64,000 nucleotides of DNA from NCBI GenBank assembly GCA_051362555.1, contig CM120649.1:18056567-18120566 (forward strand), in the 5' to 3' direction. The stretch comes from Lingula anatina. Lineage: Eukaryota > Animalia > Brachiopoda. The stretch's first letter is position 1, and each line of letters opens with the position of its first letter. The notes beneath the pieces are model-generated. The model was not told the origin of the DNA. It did no database searches and saw nothing but the letters and a program-made list of their open reading frames with translations. A program made the position numbers and the translations under genes. Of the stretch, positions 14,501 to 27,500 are shown piece after piece.

Positions 14501-14575
14501 AATTTTTATTATACAAATAGAATCACAAGAATCTTTTTGAAAGAAATTAAAAACTCACTTTTTTAAAACATTTTA
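11560..14575 (+). mobile_element. Degenerate CR1/L2-like non-LTR retrotransposon RT fragment, interrupted by a nested insertion at 12742-14180
   Basis: RT motifs PLLKK...[44 protein letters not shown]; resumes after the insertion as LQRIQN...HITPILKQLHWLPV; multiple stops and frameshifts. Confidence 0.9.
12742..14180 (+). mobile_element. 5'-truncated Rex1/Babar-like LINE with (TTA)n tail and 8-bp TSD
   Basis: KAAGPDGI, NDYRPVALTSIVMK, FAYRKNRSTEDA, DYSSAFNTI, GTPQGCVISP, KFSDDT, KAQQRLYFLRRL; AAAAGATT duplicated at 12734-12741 and 14181-14188; frameshifted. Confidence 0.9.
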
Positions 14576-15118
14576 TTCATGAATTTTTAAATTTTACATG
14601 AGAGAAACCTTGGATTTCTCTCATTAGTAATTTCATAACAGTAATATCAGTGTCTCAAACGTATTATATTCCCTGAGGATGAAACCAGTTTTATATATTG
14701 TGCATTGCATCAGCTAGGGGTTTCTGGCATTTATCAATAGTCATCATTCGAGGTAACTCGAAATCTCGCCACAGAGCGTAAAATCACGCAGCATCTAGCA
14801 GGATGGGTGGGAGAGTGGATCAAAAACAAGGTCAGACTAGTGAAAGCTTGCAACAACGAAAAGCAGACAGAATTCACCCAGATATACTGTATCCTGTCGA
14901 ATTACACTTCGCCATTACTTTTGCCTGTCGTTTTTGTGTTGGTGTCTACGACGAGATTTGCGACGTAAAGAGTTTTCCCTTTATCGCTTACAAATTAGCA
15001 CCACGCACACACGCAGGTCCTTTTTTTACCAGTTTCTATTACCCTAGTATCTCGGACTCTCTTTAAGCCAACTCGTCTGATTCCTATTATAAAAGTGGGT
15101 TTCATGACGAAGTCCCGC

Positions 15119-15124
15119 TTTATT
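15119..15124 (-). promoter_or_regulatory. Candidate polyadenylation signal AATAAA for paralog B
   Basis: TTTATT on +, ~220 nt past the stop codon. Confidence 0.35.
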
Positions 15125-15344
15125 TTGAGTATATGTACTAAATTTAAATGTCTACATACGAACATGCGGGAATTTATAACAATACGTGATACTTTATCTT
15201 TTAAAATGACGAAACAAGCACGACTACATACAGGGTCTAAGCACATAATTTAAAGCCAATCCGTTGCCGATAGACCGTTCACGTTGCCACTGCTGTCAGT
15301 TTACAATATATATATATATATATGAAGCCTAGACTATCGCTAAA

Positions 15345-18300
15345 CTATTTCATTGGACAAGTGCGCATGTGCTGACAAAGGACCAGCTTCCTGTTCCCAC
15401 ATTGCTGGAACATGAGGGTGTTTTTGTCCGAGTTGTTGTTGGGGTCTATAGGCTGTGGTGTACCTGTCCCCTGTCCCTTGTAGTGAAGGTTTACACATCG
15501 TCCTGGCACCGGATTGCCGCTGATGGGGATCACGTTGGTGTCTATCACGGTGGTAGGGCTGCTCCCAGTACACGCACCTGTTGAATTAATCATATTTTAA
15601 ATTTCTCACGTAAACAAGATGTCATACACGTGTAGACAATTTAAATATAGAATTATTACCATGCAATTTCCCAACGCTTATTGAACTGTGTGAGCACCTC
15701 AATATAAGTTCTTTCCTGTCCTTCATTATGAAATTACATACTGGTAATTATAATACATGTAGTTACATCATGCAGGCATCCATGGATAATGCTGTTTAAT
15801 AAGCACATCTTTACTTTAAATACAAAATTCAAACCTGTGCAGTCCCAGGTGATGGTCAAAAAGGGGTCAGTCCAATCTGTAACTACTCCACAGGTAAAGA
15901 AGATCTGGGATTGCGCAAAGCGTGGAATGGGACCTGAAGATGTATAAACAAAAACGTACATACCTCCTGTTTGTTTCACTAGTTAATCATTGTTTATCAT
16001 CTGTTAATATAAAAACGTTTCACTGATTTAAGTAGTAGAGAGAGCGTCTCTACCCACGATGGGGAGTGCGTTTGTGTTTTAAATTTGAAATGCAGGGCTG
16101 CCAATAAAGGGTAGGCAATCGTGTTCAACAATGAAATCGCCCCCCCCCCCCCCCTGCTACAGGTACATAAACATTTTTGGCATTTTTGGGATTTTCAAAA
16201 CCATGGAGAGTATTTTTAATGGGGCGTAACAACATGGTAGCCACGAAGTCGGAACGTGGGGTATTTGCTGGAGAAATCACCACGTACTCCAGAACAGTTG
16301 AACAAACTGACAAACAAAGGAGATACAAGGTTCAATACAATACCTGGTCCTTGTAGGTATCTTTCTAATGCATCCCAGCATGCTTTGCTGCTGAACATGA
16401 CAAGATGGCCGCCAGTGTTAGAACAGGTGGTCTGTGCCTCTGCCCGGGTCATGGTATCCAACTCCGCCATGTCGTCAAGGCAACCGCCGCAGTTGTTAAG
16501 GTCATTACATCCCGGGGAGTAAGTATAACCTGGGTTGCATGAACAAGGTGGAAGAGTCGTGGGAGGGGGTGTTGTTGGAGGTGGTGTAGTTGGAGGGGGT
16601 GTTGTTGGAGGGGGTGTTGTTGGTGGAGGTGTTGTTGGTGGAGGTGTAGTTGGAGGGGGTGTAGTTGGAGGGGGTGTAGTTGGAGGGGGTGTTGTTGGAG
16701 GGGGTGTTGTTGGTGGAGGTGTAGTTGGAGGAGGTGTAGTTGGAGGGGGTGTTGTTGGTGGGGGTGTTGTTGGAGGGGGTGTTGTTGGAGGGGGTGTTGT
16801 TGGTGGAGGTGTAGTTGGAGGGGGTGTTGTTGGAGGTGGTGTAGTTGGAGGGGGTGTTGTTGGTGGGGGTGTTGTTGGAGGTGGTGTAGTTGGAGGGGGT
16901 GTTGTTGGTGGGGGTGTTGTTGGAGGGGGTGTTGTTGGAGGTGGTGTTGTTGGTGGAGGTGTAGTTGGAGGGGGTGTTGTTGGAGGTGGTGTTGTTGGTG
17001 GAGGTGTAGTTGGAGGTGGTGTTGTTGGAGGTGGTGTTGTTGGTGGAGGTGTAGTTGGAGGTGGTGTTGTTGGTGGAGGTGTAGTTGGAGGTGGTGTAGT
17101 TGGAGGGGGTGTTGTTGGTGGGGGTGTTGTTGGAGGTGGTGTTGTTGGAGGTGGTGTTGTTGGTGGAGGTGTAGTTGGAGGGGGTGTTGTTGGAGGTGGT
17201 GTTGTTGGTGGAGGTGTAGTTGGAGGTGGTGTTGTTGGAGGTGGTGTTGTTGGTGGAGGTGTAGTTGGAGGGGGTGTTGTTGGAGGGGGTGTTGTTGGAG
17301 GTGGTGTTGTTGGTGGAGGTGTAGTTGGAGGTGGTGTAGTTGGAGGAGGGGTAGTTGGAGGTGGTGTCGTTGGAGGGGGTGTAGTTGGAGGGGATGTTGT
17401 TGGTGGAGGTGTAGTTGGAGGGGGTGTAGTTGGAGGGGGTGTAGTTGGAGGAAGTGTAGTTGGAGGGGGTGTTGTTGGTGGAGGTGTAGTTGGAGGAGGT
17501 GTTGTTGGAGGGGGTGTAGTTGGAGGAGGTGTAGTTGGAGGGGGTGTTGTTGGAGGGGGTGTAGTTGGAGGAGGTGTTGTTGGAGGTGGTGTAGTTGGAG
17601 GGGATGTTGTTGGAGGGGGTGTAGTTGGAGGAGGTGTTGTTGGAGGGGGTGTAGTTGGAGGAGGTGTTGTTGGAGGTGGTGTTGTTGGAGGTGGTGTAGT
17701 TGGAGGGGGTGTTGTTGGAGGTGGTGTTGTTGGAGGGGGTGTAGTTGGAGGGGGTGTAGTTGGAGGGGGTGTTGTTGGTGGAGGTGTAGTTGGAGGGGGT
17801 GTAGTTGGAGGGGGTGTTGTTGGTGGAGGTGTAGTTGGAGGGGGTGTTGTTGGTGGAGGTGTTGTTGGAGGGGGTGTAGTTGGAGGAGGTGTTGTTGGAG
17901 GGGGTGTTGTTGGAGGGGGTGTTGTTGGTGGAGGTGTTGTTGGAGGGGGTGTAGTTGGAGGGGGTGTAGTTGGAGGTGGTGTAGTTGGAGGGGGTGTAGT
18001 TGGAGGGGGTGTTGTTTGTCCAGTGGGACCTGGAAAACAGCGCGCATTGATAAATGTTTTGTAATGTAATTATGTAAAGATGTCGAACTTTCAAGCCTGC
18101 TTCAAAATAACTTTGCTCTTGTAACACATTTGGCTTTTTTTTAGCAATGCTTGAAAATCTGGCTCCATTAGACTTTGTATTGCAATCGCACACAACGGTC
18201 GTTCTCATACATTTGAACTTCAACTTGGATATATTGTTGTGTTTTTATAATAGATTTGCCTCTTTTCGGTTATTGGCATTTTACCACGAGCTTTGTTTCT

Positions 18301-21078
18301 TTTTTAAATTAAGACAAAACATGTGATTCCATCACGTACTGGTATCTATTTCAATACTAATTTGTGAAAAGTCACCTTCCTGAACAATGCACGTACACAA
18401 TATAACCTTTAAAAACGCACGGTTATACTTACTACACAATTCCCAGTACACGTTTTGGAGAAAACTGCAAAGGCATTGGGCACACTGGCAACTAGAACCA
18501 AGGCAGCCTAGGAAATATAAAAAATCAAATGTCACAAACAAAATTCAACAGTATTTTTCTTTCTGTTTCCGGCAGCGAACACGTCATGGCCAACCACTGA
18601 ATATGACTAACTCTTACCAGAGTACACATATACAAATGCTGCCCGTGAAGATGAGGTTGTTTCTGAGGTGATCGGAATGGACAGTGCTGGTCTGATTTAT
18701 TGATGATAATGTGCCACAAAATAAGTTAAACCGAAAGTTATTGGTGTTTTATATGAGCATAGGTTGTATTGCTTTCTGAGTGCTTTGTTCTCTGTGCTGT
18801 AGTATGGGTCTCATCCTAACACAGGTTTGTTTACTTACTGCTTGACTGGCTACACGGTATAGATGCACCACCTAAAATGTAACATTAGAGTATCTGTACA
18901 TTGTCTTCGTTTTTTTATAAATACGCACGGTATATGTATTTCTATGGCAAGCAAGACCCTCCATTCGCAGAGTGGTGTTCCGTACATCAAAGACATTTTT
19001 ATCATTCTTGAAGCTTGCAGGTCCCAGTAAAATAAATAAATAAATAAACTTAAGGCAGTTCCTTGGCTTAGTTGACTAGGATTTTCATGAGAGTGCTGCA
19101 ACATTGTTCCTGATAGGGTAAAATGTGCGAATGTGACCATGTATCGTTGGTAATTGAGTTCTTAGCCTGGGAACCTGACTTATTTTTCATTTATTTATTA
19201 TTTGTTTTTCTTTGTGAAACCGGGGCCAGACTAAATGATAGTAGGGCTAATTACTTAATAAACGTATTAACGTTATGTAATCGTATCGTCGCTGAAACTT
19301 ACCACATTGACCCGTTCCCCATTCATTGGTCAGGAACGTCATACTGCATGTTTTACAGCCTATATTAGATACATAAAAATCACAACTGAACAACATTTAG
19401 AAGGGAAAGTCCGGTTAAAATTGCAGCAAATTTAGGCTTCCAAATCCCATGCGCAATTTAAATACATATCAATGCACAGTACACAATACGTCTTTTAAAA
19501 CTATAAGAAACGCTCTTGTTCTAAACACATAGCGCAACACCTTTACTTCGAAATTGTGTCCGAGCACACGAAACAATACTTTTACTTCACATAATGTGTT
19601 TCACATACACATTTCTCCAAATTCACATAATTTGATTATAACATACGTCACACGTCTTATACCTGAGCCTGTGACAGGCGGAGGGGTGGTAGGCTGGGTG
19701 AAACACCCTGGGTCCCACCAATTGCATCCGCCGCTTGGGGGCGTTGTATCAGGTGGTGGCGCTGCTGTTCCGCACATGGGCAGGAAGGAAAACGCCGCAC
19801 ATATCCCGGTCTGATCACGTCTGCGTCTGCGTCTGTTCCGAGAGTTGCAAGCAAAATCCCATGGTGGGCATTGGCTACCTCCAACTGAAGATATCGTGTT
19901 TGTTTTACAATTTTGTTTATTTTTATTTTTTTTTTCGTTTTAGAGTGGGCTCAATCCGTTATAAAACCATAAGCAGTAAGTCAAGTGTGCATACATCGGT
20001 TCAGGCCAATTTACATTGGTTACCCTCAGTTTGAGGCTGAAGGTAATCTTGTTTTCCCGCCGTTTCTAAGACGACATGTGGTCATATTGACGATAAATCG
20101 TACACCATTTATTACTTAATGAATGGTTGAAGCGCGATGCATTCCCCATGTAAAAATAGAGCGTCTCTTTCGTAAAAACAATTTACGCTTTCAGCAATAA
20201 TAAATCTGTAAATCTTAAGAAAGAGAGAGTTAGAAAATGAAACTGTAATTTGTTCCAGAAAGTGGTCTTTACCTGTATTACACTGAGGGTCCCAAGGGGG
20301 GCACGAACTGTCGGGAGGTGGAGGCTGGGTTATACCTGGGAATATTTATGATATTTTTAAAAGAAGAAAAGAAGTCAAATCGCCATAAGCAATACATGCT
20401 GTCCTTCATGAGTCAAGAAAAAAATGCAAATTGTAAAATACACAAAGCTTACAAAAACAAAGAGAAAGAAAAGAAAAGAAATATCAAAAATTAATTCTTA
20501 ACTCAATGACCATATAGACTTAGACTAAGAAATAAATCGATAATATTAAACAGAAAATCTTTTCAGAAACGATATACAGTTTTATCAGTTGCACATTTGT
20601 TATTCATAAGTAAAAAACAATTAAAAGAATTAAACGATAAATTTTTTCAACATATAAAGTGGTCTTTACCTGTATTACACTGTGAGTCCCATGGCGGACA
20701 TGATGTCGCAGGCGGAGGTTGGGTTACCGCTGAGAATAATCACAAAATATGTCATTCATAATTAAATTCAGAAAAGGCAACGAAGTCCCCGCGATACTGA
20801 CCAATACAAAATATGAAAATAGCATGTCTGAATAAAAATCGATTATTACTATACTATAGAGCAGTTTTATATATGGGTTGGTAAAAGATGGAACACTGAG
20901 GAACCCCACAACTGCATAATATTGATATAATACTACAAATAAGCAGTATTTTATCATACGTGCTGTACAACCAAGGAATTAAAACAATAACTAGAAAAGC
21001 AGTGTACAGACCGTTAGCACAGTTGTTGATGTGGTACTGTCTGCGTATGAGATCACACACACAGCTGGAACAAGCTGC

Positions 21079-21122
<44 letters not shown>

Positions 21123-21292
21123 CGCCACTAGTTGTACTACTCATGCTTCTACTACTAATGCTACATGTATTACTACTATTTGTACTACTACTTTTGCTAC
21201 TACTGATAATAATAATAATAACGGTAATAATACCGCTACTACTTGTAATACTAATGCTTCTTCTACTACTACATGTATTACAGCTATTACCA

Positions 21293-21345
<53 letters not shown>

Positions 21346-24300
21346 ATAATAAAAGTAAGAGGTATTAATTGTCGTTGTCATCAAGTGTTCACGTGTTACC
21401 ATAACAGAAATTCATAAAACATACAATATTGCATCGTATTTTTTATTATAAGATCAAAACGAACATGTGTCTGCATACTTACATCCTCCGTCAACAGTGG
21501 CTTGTAGATGAGGTGGATATTCTCCGCCTACAACCAAATTATAGATTACATATTACACTTGAAATGTTCATATATATTGGTCATATTTATCGATGAGTAG
21601 TATTTGATAGTGATATGAAAGACAGATTTTGCGTTATTTCACGATAGTTAAGCGACGACAAAATGCAAAAGAAAAAAATTAGTAATACAACGAACATTGG
21701 GCTACAAGCCGTTATACCAGTATGTATTCCAATTTTATTTAAGGCAAAGGCAGTGACAGAATGAACTGGAACACAAATAAATGAATGATATATAGAAATG
21801 ACACACATGTACCAAGCAAACACGCAACGTTGAGACAACGAGGCTACCACATGGCTACGACGTCATCATGCGGAAGTCACGTGGTAGCCAAGTGGTCTCA
21901 TCCTGGCGTGTTTATGGCGACATGTACATTTAGAGTGATACCAACCACAGGCGTTGCTCCTCCATTTAGATATCAGGTAATTGCAGATACAGGAATTGCA
22001 GCCTGAGAAGTAAATACATGCCTTAAATATTTATCTTTTTAACGATTCCTTTCACTCATCTGTTTTTTTTTTAATAATTACAAATTGTGTTTATTGCGTT
22101 AACTCTATTTTAATTACATTCTGTATGAAATGAAATTTAAAATTAATCGAGCTCTGGTGTACCGGTGCTAGGAGCCGTTGTAGTTGTTGAGGGCGCTACT
22201 GTTGTTGGGGGCGGGGCACCAGTTGTTGGAGGGGGCGTGGCACCAGTTGCAGGAGGGGGCGTGGCACCGGGTGTTGAGCACAGCCATGGAGAAAACAAGC
22301 ACCATGGGTTCATTATGGTACTACCGGGGGCTGAAAGTAGAATAAATCAATATCAATTTCAGTGTTTCGGAACTTGGTGAGGGAGAGCCGTGGGCGTGGA
22401 CCCACAATAAATTGGCGAAATTATACACAGGGGATCACCACCTGAAAAAAGGTAATGAAATTTTATGTACATTATTACGTGCTTCTTGACTGCAGAAAGT
22501 TAATTTTTAAAGATTAACATGGGGCCTGACACATGCATCGGACTTCGACAGTGGTGCCAATACACCCAGTATTTTCCAATTTCAGTTTCTTCTTACTTTC
22601 ATGATTGAAACAAAATATTTCATTTCACTTACCGCGAGTTGTAACTGTTGGAGGTGGTCCTGTTGTCGGGGGCGGGGCTCCAGTTGAGGGAGGGGGCGTG
22701 GCACCAGTAGTGGGAGGGGGCGTGGCACCAGGTGTTGAGCACAGCCATGGCGAAAACAAGCACCATGGGCTCAATATGGTACTGCCGTGAGCTGAAATAG
22801 AATATATCAATATCAATAACAATATCAGTGTTTCGGAACTCGGTAGGGGAGGAGCCGTGTACTTGGACAGACAATTTATTGGTGAAATTATACACAGGGG
22901 ATTACCACCTGAAAAAAAAGGTGATAGGATTTTATGTACTTTATTACGTGTTTCTTGACTGCAGTACATAAAATTAAGTTTTAAAGAATAACATGGGGCC
23001 TGACACATGCATCGGATTTCGACAGTGGTTCCAGTACACCCAGTATTTTCCAGTTCCAATTTCAACTTACTTTCATGAATGAAACAAAGTCTTTCTTTTA
23101 TTTTTAAAGATTTAAACTGCACAAACTGTGAAAAAGCATGTAGTTCCTGTACATTTCATACATTAAAGTCGTCTCTATGTATACATGTGCTTTCACAGGA
23201 TACCTACTACTAGTAACTGCTGTGGAAAAATGGTTCTTTTTTTGTGACGTGAATCTGTATTATAAACACACAATGAAAAAGTAAGCTTCATGTAGAAGCA
23301 TTACCTGGAGTTGTAACTGTTGGAGGTGGTCCTGTTGTTGGGGGCGTGGCACCAGGTGTTGAGCACAGCCATGGGGAAAACCAGCACCATGGGCTCAATA
23401 TGGTACTGCCGTGAGCTGAAAGTTAAATATACCAATATCAGTGTTTCTCTGGAACCATTGTTATTAAATATGTCATACTATTCGCAAATACCAGTATTGA
23501 ACTGTGGCGTCCTTTAAATGATATGGGCAAAGAGTCTGTGTCCACGTGGCTGACAGGTACATATCTTTCTATCCTATGTTCAGAATACATCGATCTTAAA
23601 GGTCTACTGAAAAAATAAGGGGGACACATGCTTAACATCGTTTTCACAGCGTTTCAAACCGTGGACAACCAACAAGCAAGCATTCAAAATATCAATAATT
23701 TTAAGGATTATAAAAAACATACGTGCCGCTGTAGTTGGTTGGGGAGTAGTAACCGGTGGTTGAACGGACGCTGTTGGGGGGCAAATAAGGAACCCTGCCC
23801 AGCCCCAGCAGTTAGGGTCGTCGGTGGGACCTGGAATAAAAATTTAACTGAAGGCAAGAAGAATAAGGTAAAACGGCTAAGTCAATATAACGAGGTTATT
23901 AGATCAAAATATTTAATATGATAATTACTTGATAAAAATGTGTTAAAATGAAATATAGTAGATGTAACCAATAAGATTGATTAATAGAGAAAATATTCTT
24001 TGAAAATAGAAAATTTCGCTCAAGGTAGATTTTAAAAGAAAAGGTTAAAAAAACTGAAAGTAACATGGCAGGTGTGTTGTCAGAAGTGTGCATGTGTGAA
24101 AGCGTGTGAGTGTGAGTGCGCGTGTGTCCAGGCACACACATACCTTGGGTTGCAGGTGGAGGTGTCGCAGTCTGTGAAGGCTGCGTCTGTGACGGACACA
24201 TCCACGGAAACATAGCACACAGCGAATCAACTGTAGAGGGCGCCCCAGTCGGTGGCACCCACGGCGTTGGAGACGGTGTCATTGCTGGAATGGAAAATCA

Positions 24301-24498
24301 TCTACAGATGAACACAGCTACATTAGCCCAACTGCTGTCCAATTAAACATCTCATCATCAATTTCATCAAAGCAAAGTTGGACATGTTGCTATGATACTC
24401 AGTACTAATGATAGAAATAACATGAAGCGGTGGATTTTGAAGGATCAACTTTCATTAAGTTGGAAAAAATCCGATAGTAACTTCCATGCTTATTGTTT

Positions 24499-24549
<51 letters not shown>

Positions 24550-27500
24550 TGTTCAGGTTCTCACATACAGTACCTTGGGTTGGAGGTGGAGGTGGTGTAG
24601 ACTGTGACTGACACATCCATGGAATTATAGAACACAGCGAGTCAACTGTAGAGGGCGCCCCGGTTGGTGGCACCCATGGCGTTGGAGACGGTGTGATTGC
24701 TGGAATGGAAATTATATGTATACTAGCCCAACTGCAATCTGAATAAACTGTTTTATTTTTTTGATATTATTTGTAGACAGGGTGTATTATTTTTTATCTT
24801 ATTATCCATTTCATCCAGTAAATTTGGGAAAGTTGCTATGATACAACAAATAACATACATAACGTTTCACAAATAACAGGCCTTCCCAACTACCAGACTC
24901 GGCACCTACGGGTCCAGTATAAACCGGTTTATCACACCACACTACCCGTTTTCAAGGTGTGTGTCAGATCGCATTACAGAGTATCAGCCACCACACCGAT
25001 TTTGCCTGGTGCGCGATGTGATAGCAATGATCCTAAGCGGGGTTGGAAAGTAGTGCATCTCATCTAGATTCATGCGCTGCTGCAATTTTCTCTGTTTATG
25101 CTAAAATCTGACAGTACCGCAATTTTTAACATAAAATTTAGGTTCGGACATAGCCAATGATGTTTTGTAAATAAGAACTTGCAAACATATATATTAATTT
25201 AGAAAAGTAGACTTAATTTTGATAGCAGAAGCATATTCTGTCGGGGGTTAAATTATTTTCATGACTACCGGGATGGACGAGATTGAGGGCAGGGGTAATC
25301 CTAGAGAGGGGTGAGAAACGTCTATTGTTCTCGTCAGCGAGGCTGTCCTTTTTCAGGGTTTGTATGCACGGACAGAAAACTTAAGTATTGTGAGAACGTT
25401 ACTAATGAAGCCATTGGTAGTACTAGTAGATATCAGCCTGTAGTCTTGAACAAGCGCCTCGATGACGAGTGAACAGTTGTCAAAAACAAAAGACCCAGGT
25501 GTGGTAGTTCAACTACTGTTCATGCGTGCCGCAACGACCAAACCTAATTGCTCCTCAAGGTCACAAAACAATAACCGGTACTGACGGCTAGGCTCGTCTT
25601 AATCATATAAGTAGCGCGTTTCCAACCCCCTGATTGAGGGAGTCGTCTGTTATATTCATACGACTCCTACTTGACGAAAACAAGGCGCGATTCCCGGATG
25701 ACAGGTAGGCTTACAGAATTTGTGATAGGGTATGATACTCTTTTATGCGATCTGACACACACCTTGAAAACGGGTAGTGTGGTCAGATATACCGGTTTAT
25801 TCTGGACCCGTAGGTGCCGAGTCTGGTAGTTGGGAAGGCCTGAATAAACCACCTAAAAGTGTAAGCTTTGCTTTTGCGTTGGTTTCTAAAAGTGTAAGCT
25901 TTGCTTTTGCGTAACACTACTTCTCAACAAATGGTGACCTATCATTTAGATACTAAACAAAACAATACCTGAATCACTGCAGCAGGCTAGAAAGGACGTT
26001 CTACAGTTTCCAAAGAGTGTTGCCGCCCTGGCTGCACAGCTTCTGTCATCGGGCACCGCCCCCATAGCACAACAGCTACAGCACGTCAGGAACTCAGTCC
26101 TGCACATACCAGCGAGGGTGGCCGCCCGCTGAGTACATGTTCTGCCGGCCACTACATTCTGTCCCATAGAACAACAGGCTCCCGGAGCTATGGAAATGAA
26201 AAGTAAATTAGGTTTTTCCAAAATAGGTTTGATAATGTGATACGTACAGGTATCTTTTCACATAAAAAGATATACTGGAATATAGCTCACATAAGTGTAT
26301 TTTATAAGTGGGGATATTTAGCCGCGACACATTAGATGACACATTAGATGACACATTAAACACTTTTGTTAGGGAAGGCACAACCTATATAACAATTTAA
26401 ATTAGAAGAATCCTTTTTGTCGGATTAGGAAACACATCGTTCCCGAAGCGTTTTACCTACCTATGTTTGTAGGTGGAGGGGCAGTACTTTGAGAGGGACA
26501 CATCCAGGGATACTGGGCACATGATGATGGCGAATTCGTGGTGGCAGTGCACATCCAAGGGTACTGCTGGCATATAGCGGGGGTCGGTGTCGCCGGTGGC
26601 GTAGATCCAGAGCACATCCACGGGTATTGCTGGCAATTACTCGACGGCGGAGGTGCTCCCGTAGGCGGAGGCGGTGTCACGTTTGGTCCCGTGGGTTGCG
26701 GATTGGTACCAAGACATAACCAGGGGAAAGTCTGACATGCCCCGTTAGATGGCGGTGCCTGTCCTGTCGGTGGCGCCGAGGAGGACGCAGGTGAGTCGGG
26801 TGAGGCGACTATCCAGGATGGCAAGTCGTTGATGTTGGGACCAGGGTTACTGCACGAAGAACTGCTCCCAGTAGCACACGGCGACTGGACGTCCGGGGCC
26901 TGCTGCTCCCCACCCGCCTTGAAGAAGAAAATGTCCGTGTTATCCGCTGCGTTTGAAGGTCCCGCTGCCTGGTTCGTTTCGTGAAACCATGGCTGGAAGT
27001 TATTCTGATTAGCATGTGCGATGTCGGTAATTAATATCACAGCAATTAGCATTCCCACTAAAGCCCTGGAAAACATTGATGAAATACAACATAGGAGATG
27101 ATAAATCATTTTTGTTTGTTTATTTGTTTGTTTGTTTCTTGTAATATATAAACAAAAAGACACGTTTTGCATGGTATTGCATTTATTTGGTATATATGGT
27201 TGTGCTTGCATGGTTTGGTATAATTGTATTATGATAAAAAATTAGACAAAAATTAGCCTGAGTGCTGCATGTTGTGGATATGGATGGTTCCACGACTAGA
27301 TTACGTTACATGAGAGCTGTCACGGTTCTACACAAGAATGTCAAACATTAGTTTAATATTGGCGGAGATACTGTTGGCTAATGGTACATTGCATTTAACC
27401 CAGGCGGATATGCTGTAGTTATGTGTTTATATATATCTTTTTAGATAACACAAGTATTTATCTCAACAAATGGCCATGTGCTACACTATACATGTACCAA

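Noticed and set aside
16535-18064. 509-aa (GGGVV)n ORF on +, and the similar ORFs at 885-1247
   Set aside because: Antisense shadow of the PPPTT exon; the splice sites, CTLD and synonymous pattern support the minus-strand TTPPP frame
16449-18223. 532-aa QQHPL and 572-aa NNTPS ORFs on minus
   Set aside because: Alternative frames of a C/A-rich repeat that cannot form stops; their peptides vary between units while TTPPP is conserved
19663-27065. Neuropeptide or conotoxin-type precursor releasing many cyclic peptides
   Set aside because: Individual Cys loops are not flanked by dibasic or amidation sites; there is only one polybasic site per protein
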